A stretch of 64,000 bases of DNA, taken from contig CAWEDJ010000067.1 in the NCBI GenBank assembly GCA_963807635.1, forward strand, positions 32,001 to 96,000. Reading direction: 5' to 3'. Positions 63,546-64,000 of this stretch are shown in pieces. The notes under the pieces were generated by a model, which was not told where the DNA came from, did not search any database, and saw only the letters and a list, made by a program, of their open reading frames with translations. Within the stretch, counting starts at the first letter, position 1; each line of letters opens with the position of its first letter. A program made the position numbers and the translations under genes. This stretch comes from an uncultured cyanobacterium (lineage in GTDB: Bacteria; Cyanobacteriota; Cyanobacteriia; Cyanobacteriales; Microcystaceae).

Positions 63546-63861
63546 AAATCACCTGATAACTATTTAAAATTTCATAACGCCGATAGGGATTTTTAAGACC
63601 TTGTTTGTCTGCAATATCAACATCTCTACAGAAAAGACTTTTCAATTGTTCCCTCATTGTCACCCAATCCAATAAACTCCACTTTGCATCAGCATTAAAA
63701 GTGACAAGTACATCAATATCGCTATCATCACGGAAGTCAGACCGTAAGATTGAACCAAACAAAGCTAATTCATTAATTTTCCAATCCTGACAAAAAGCGG
63801 ATAGTTGTTCAGGAGAAATAAGAAGTCTTTTCTGAATAGCATAATCTAATTGAAATACCAT
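63532..63861 (-). CDS. mntA: Minimal nucleotidyltransferase antitoxin MntA
   Basis: LFGS.LR.DF..DSDID.LV.F; overlaps the hepT start. Confidence 0.88.
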   Translation of the reverse strand: MVFQLDYAIQKRLLISPEQLSAFCQDWKINELALFGSILRSDFRDDSDIDVLVTFNADAKWSLLDWVTMREQLKSLFCRDVDIADKQGLKNPYRRYEILNSYQVIYVAE

Positions 63862-63881
63862 TAGCGATCGCCCTCTCCAAA

Positions 63882-64000
63882 TTACCAAATCGGCACTAAA
63901 TCCAAAACAAAACTCGGTAATAGATCCTCTCCCGATAACATCATTGGATTACTCAAAACCTCCACCGCTCGACCCTGACGATAAATCTCAACTTGTCGAT
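63882..64000 (-). CDS. Uma2-family endonuclease, C-terminus (partial at window edge)
   Basis: RQVEIYRQGRAVEVLSNP..LSGEDLLPSFVLDL..IW*. Confidence 0.8.
   Translation of the reverse strand, partial: RQVEIYRQGRAVEVLSNPMMLSGEDLLPSFVLDLVPIW

Overview
A 64 kb chromosomal segment from a unicellular-type cyanobacterium (about 40% GC, dense HIP1 GCGATCGC octamers, ntcA, ntcB, psbU, por, tic22). Most of it is housekeeping sequence. There are three accessory blocks. (1) 0.9-6.9 kb, the most unusual locus: an AraC regulator divergent from an operon encoding a small secreted protein, an SLH/OprB porin, a cobalt-type nitrile-hydratase-family alpha subunit with a twin-arginine (Tat) signal peptide, a beta subunit and a His-rich maturation protein. 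This looks like a periplasmic nitrile/thiocyanate-hydrolysing system; a frameshift hides its CTVCSCY motif from the ORF track. (2) 35.7-46.4 kb: a co-oriented general-stress/desiccation cluster (Dps, two CsbD, BON, PRC-barrel, rhodanese) with a clean IS630 insertion at its end. (3) 58.9-64 kb: a TA/defence-like island (truncated Uma2, IS5, RelE-type TA, DUF4365 nuclease-like protein, hicB remnant, HepT/MntA, Uma2). Also found: tRNA-Arg(CCG), a canonical NtcA promoter before ntcB, three phased DnaA boxes after por, a probable mcdAB pair, two catalytically degenerate FHA-GGDEF-EAL genes, a MITE-like element and GTAG-type REPs. About 12 single-base frameshifts, mostly in G/C runs and including tsaC and prmC, are probably sequencing errors. 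All product calls come from motif recognition, not database searches.
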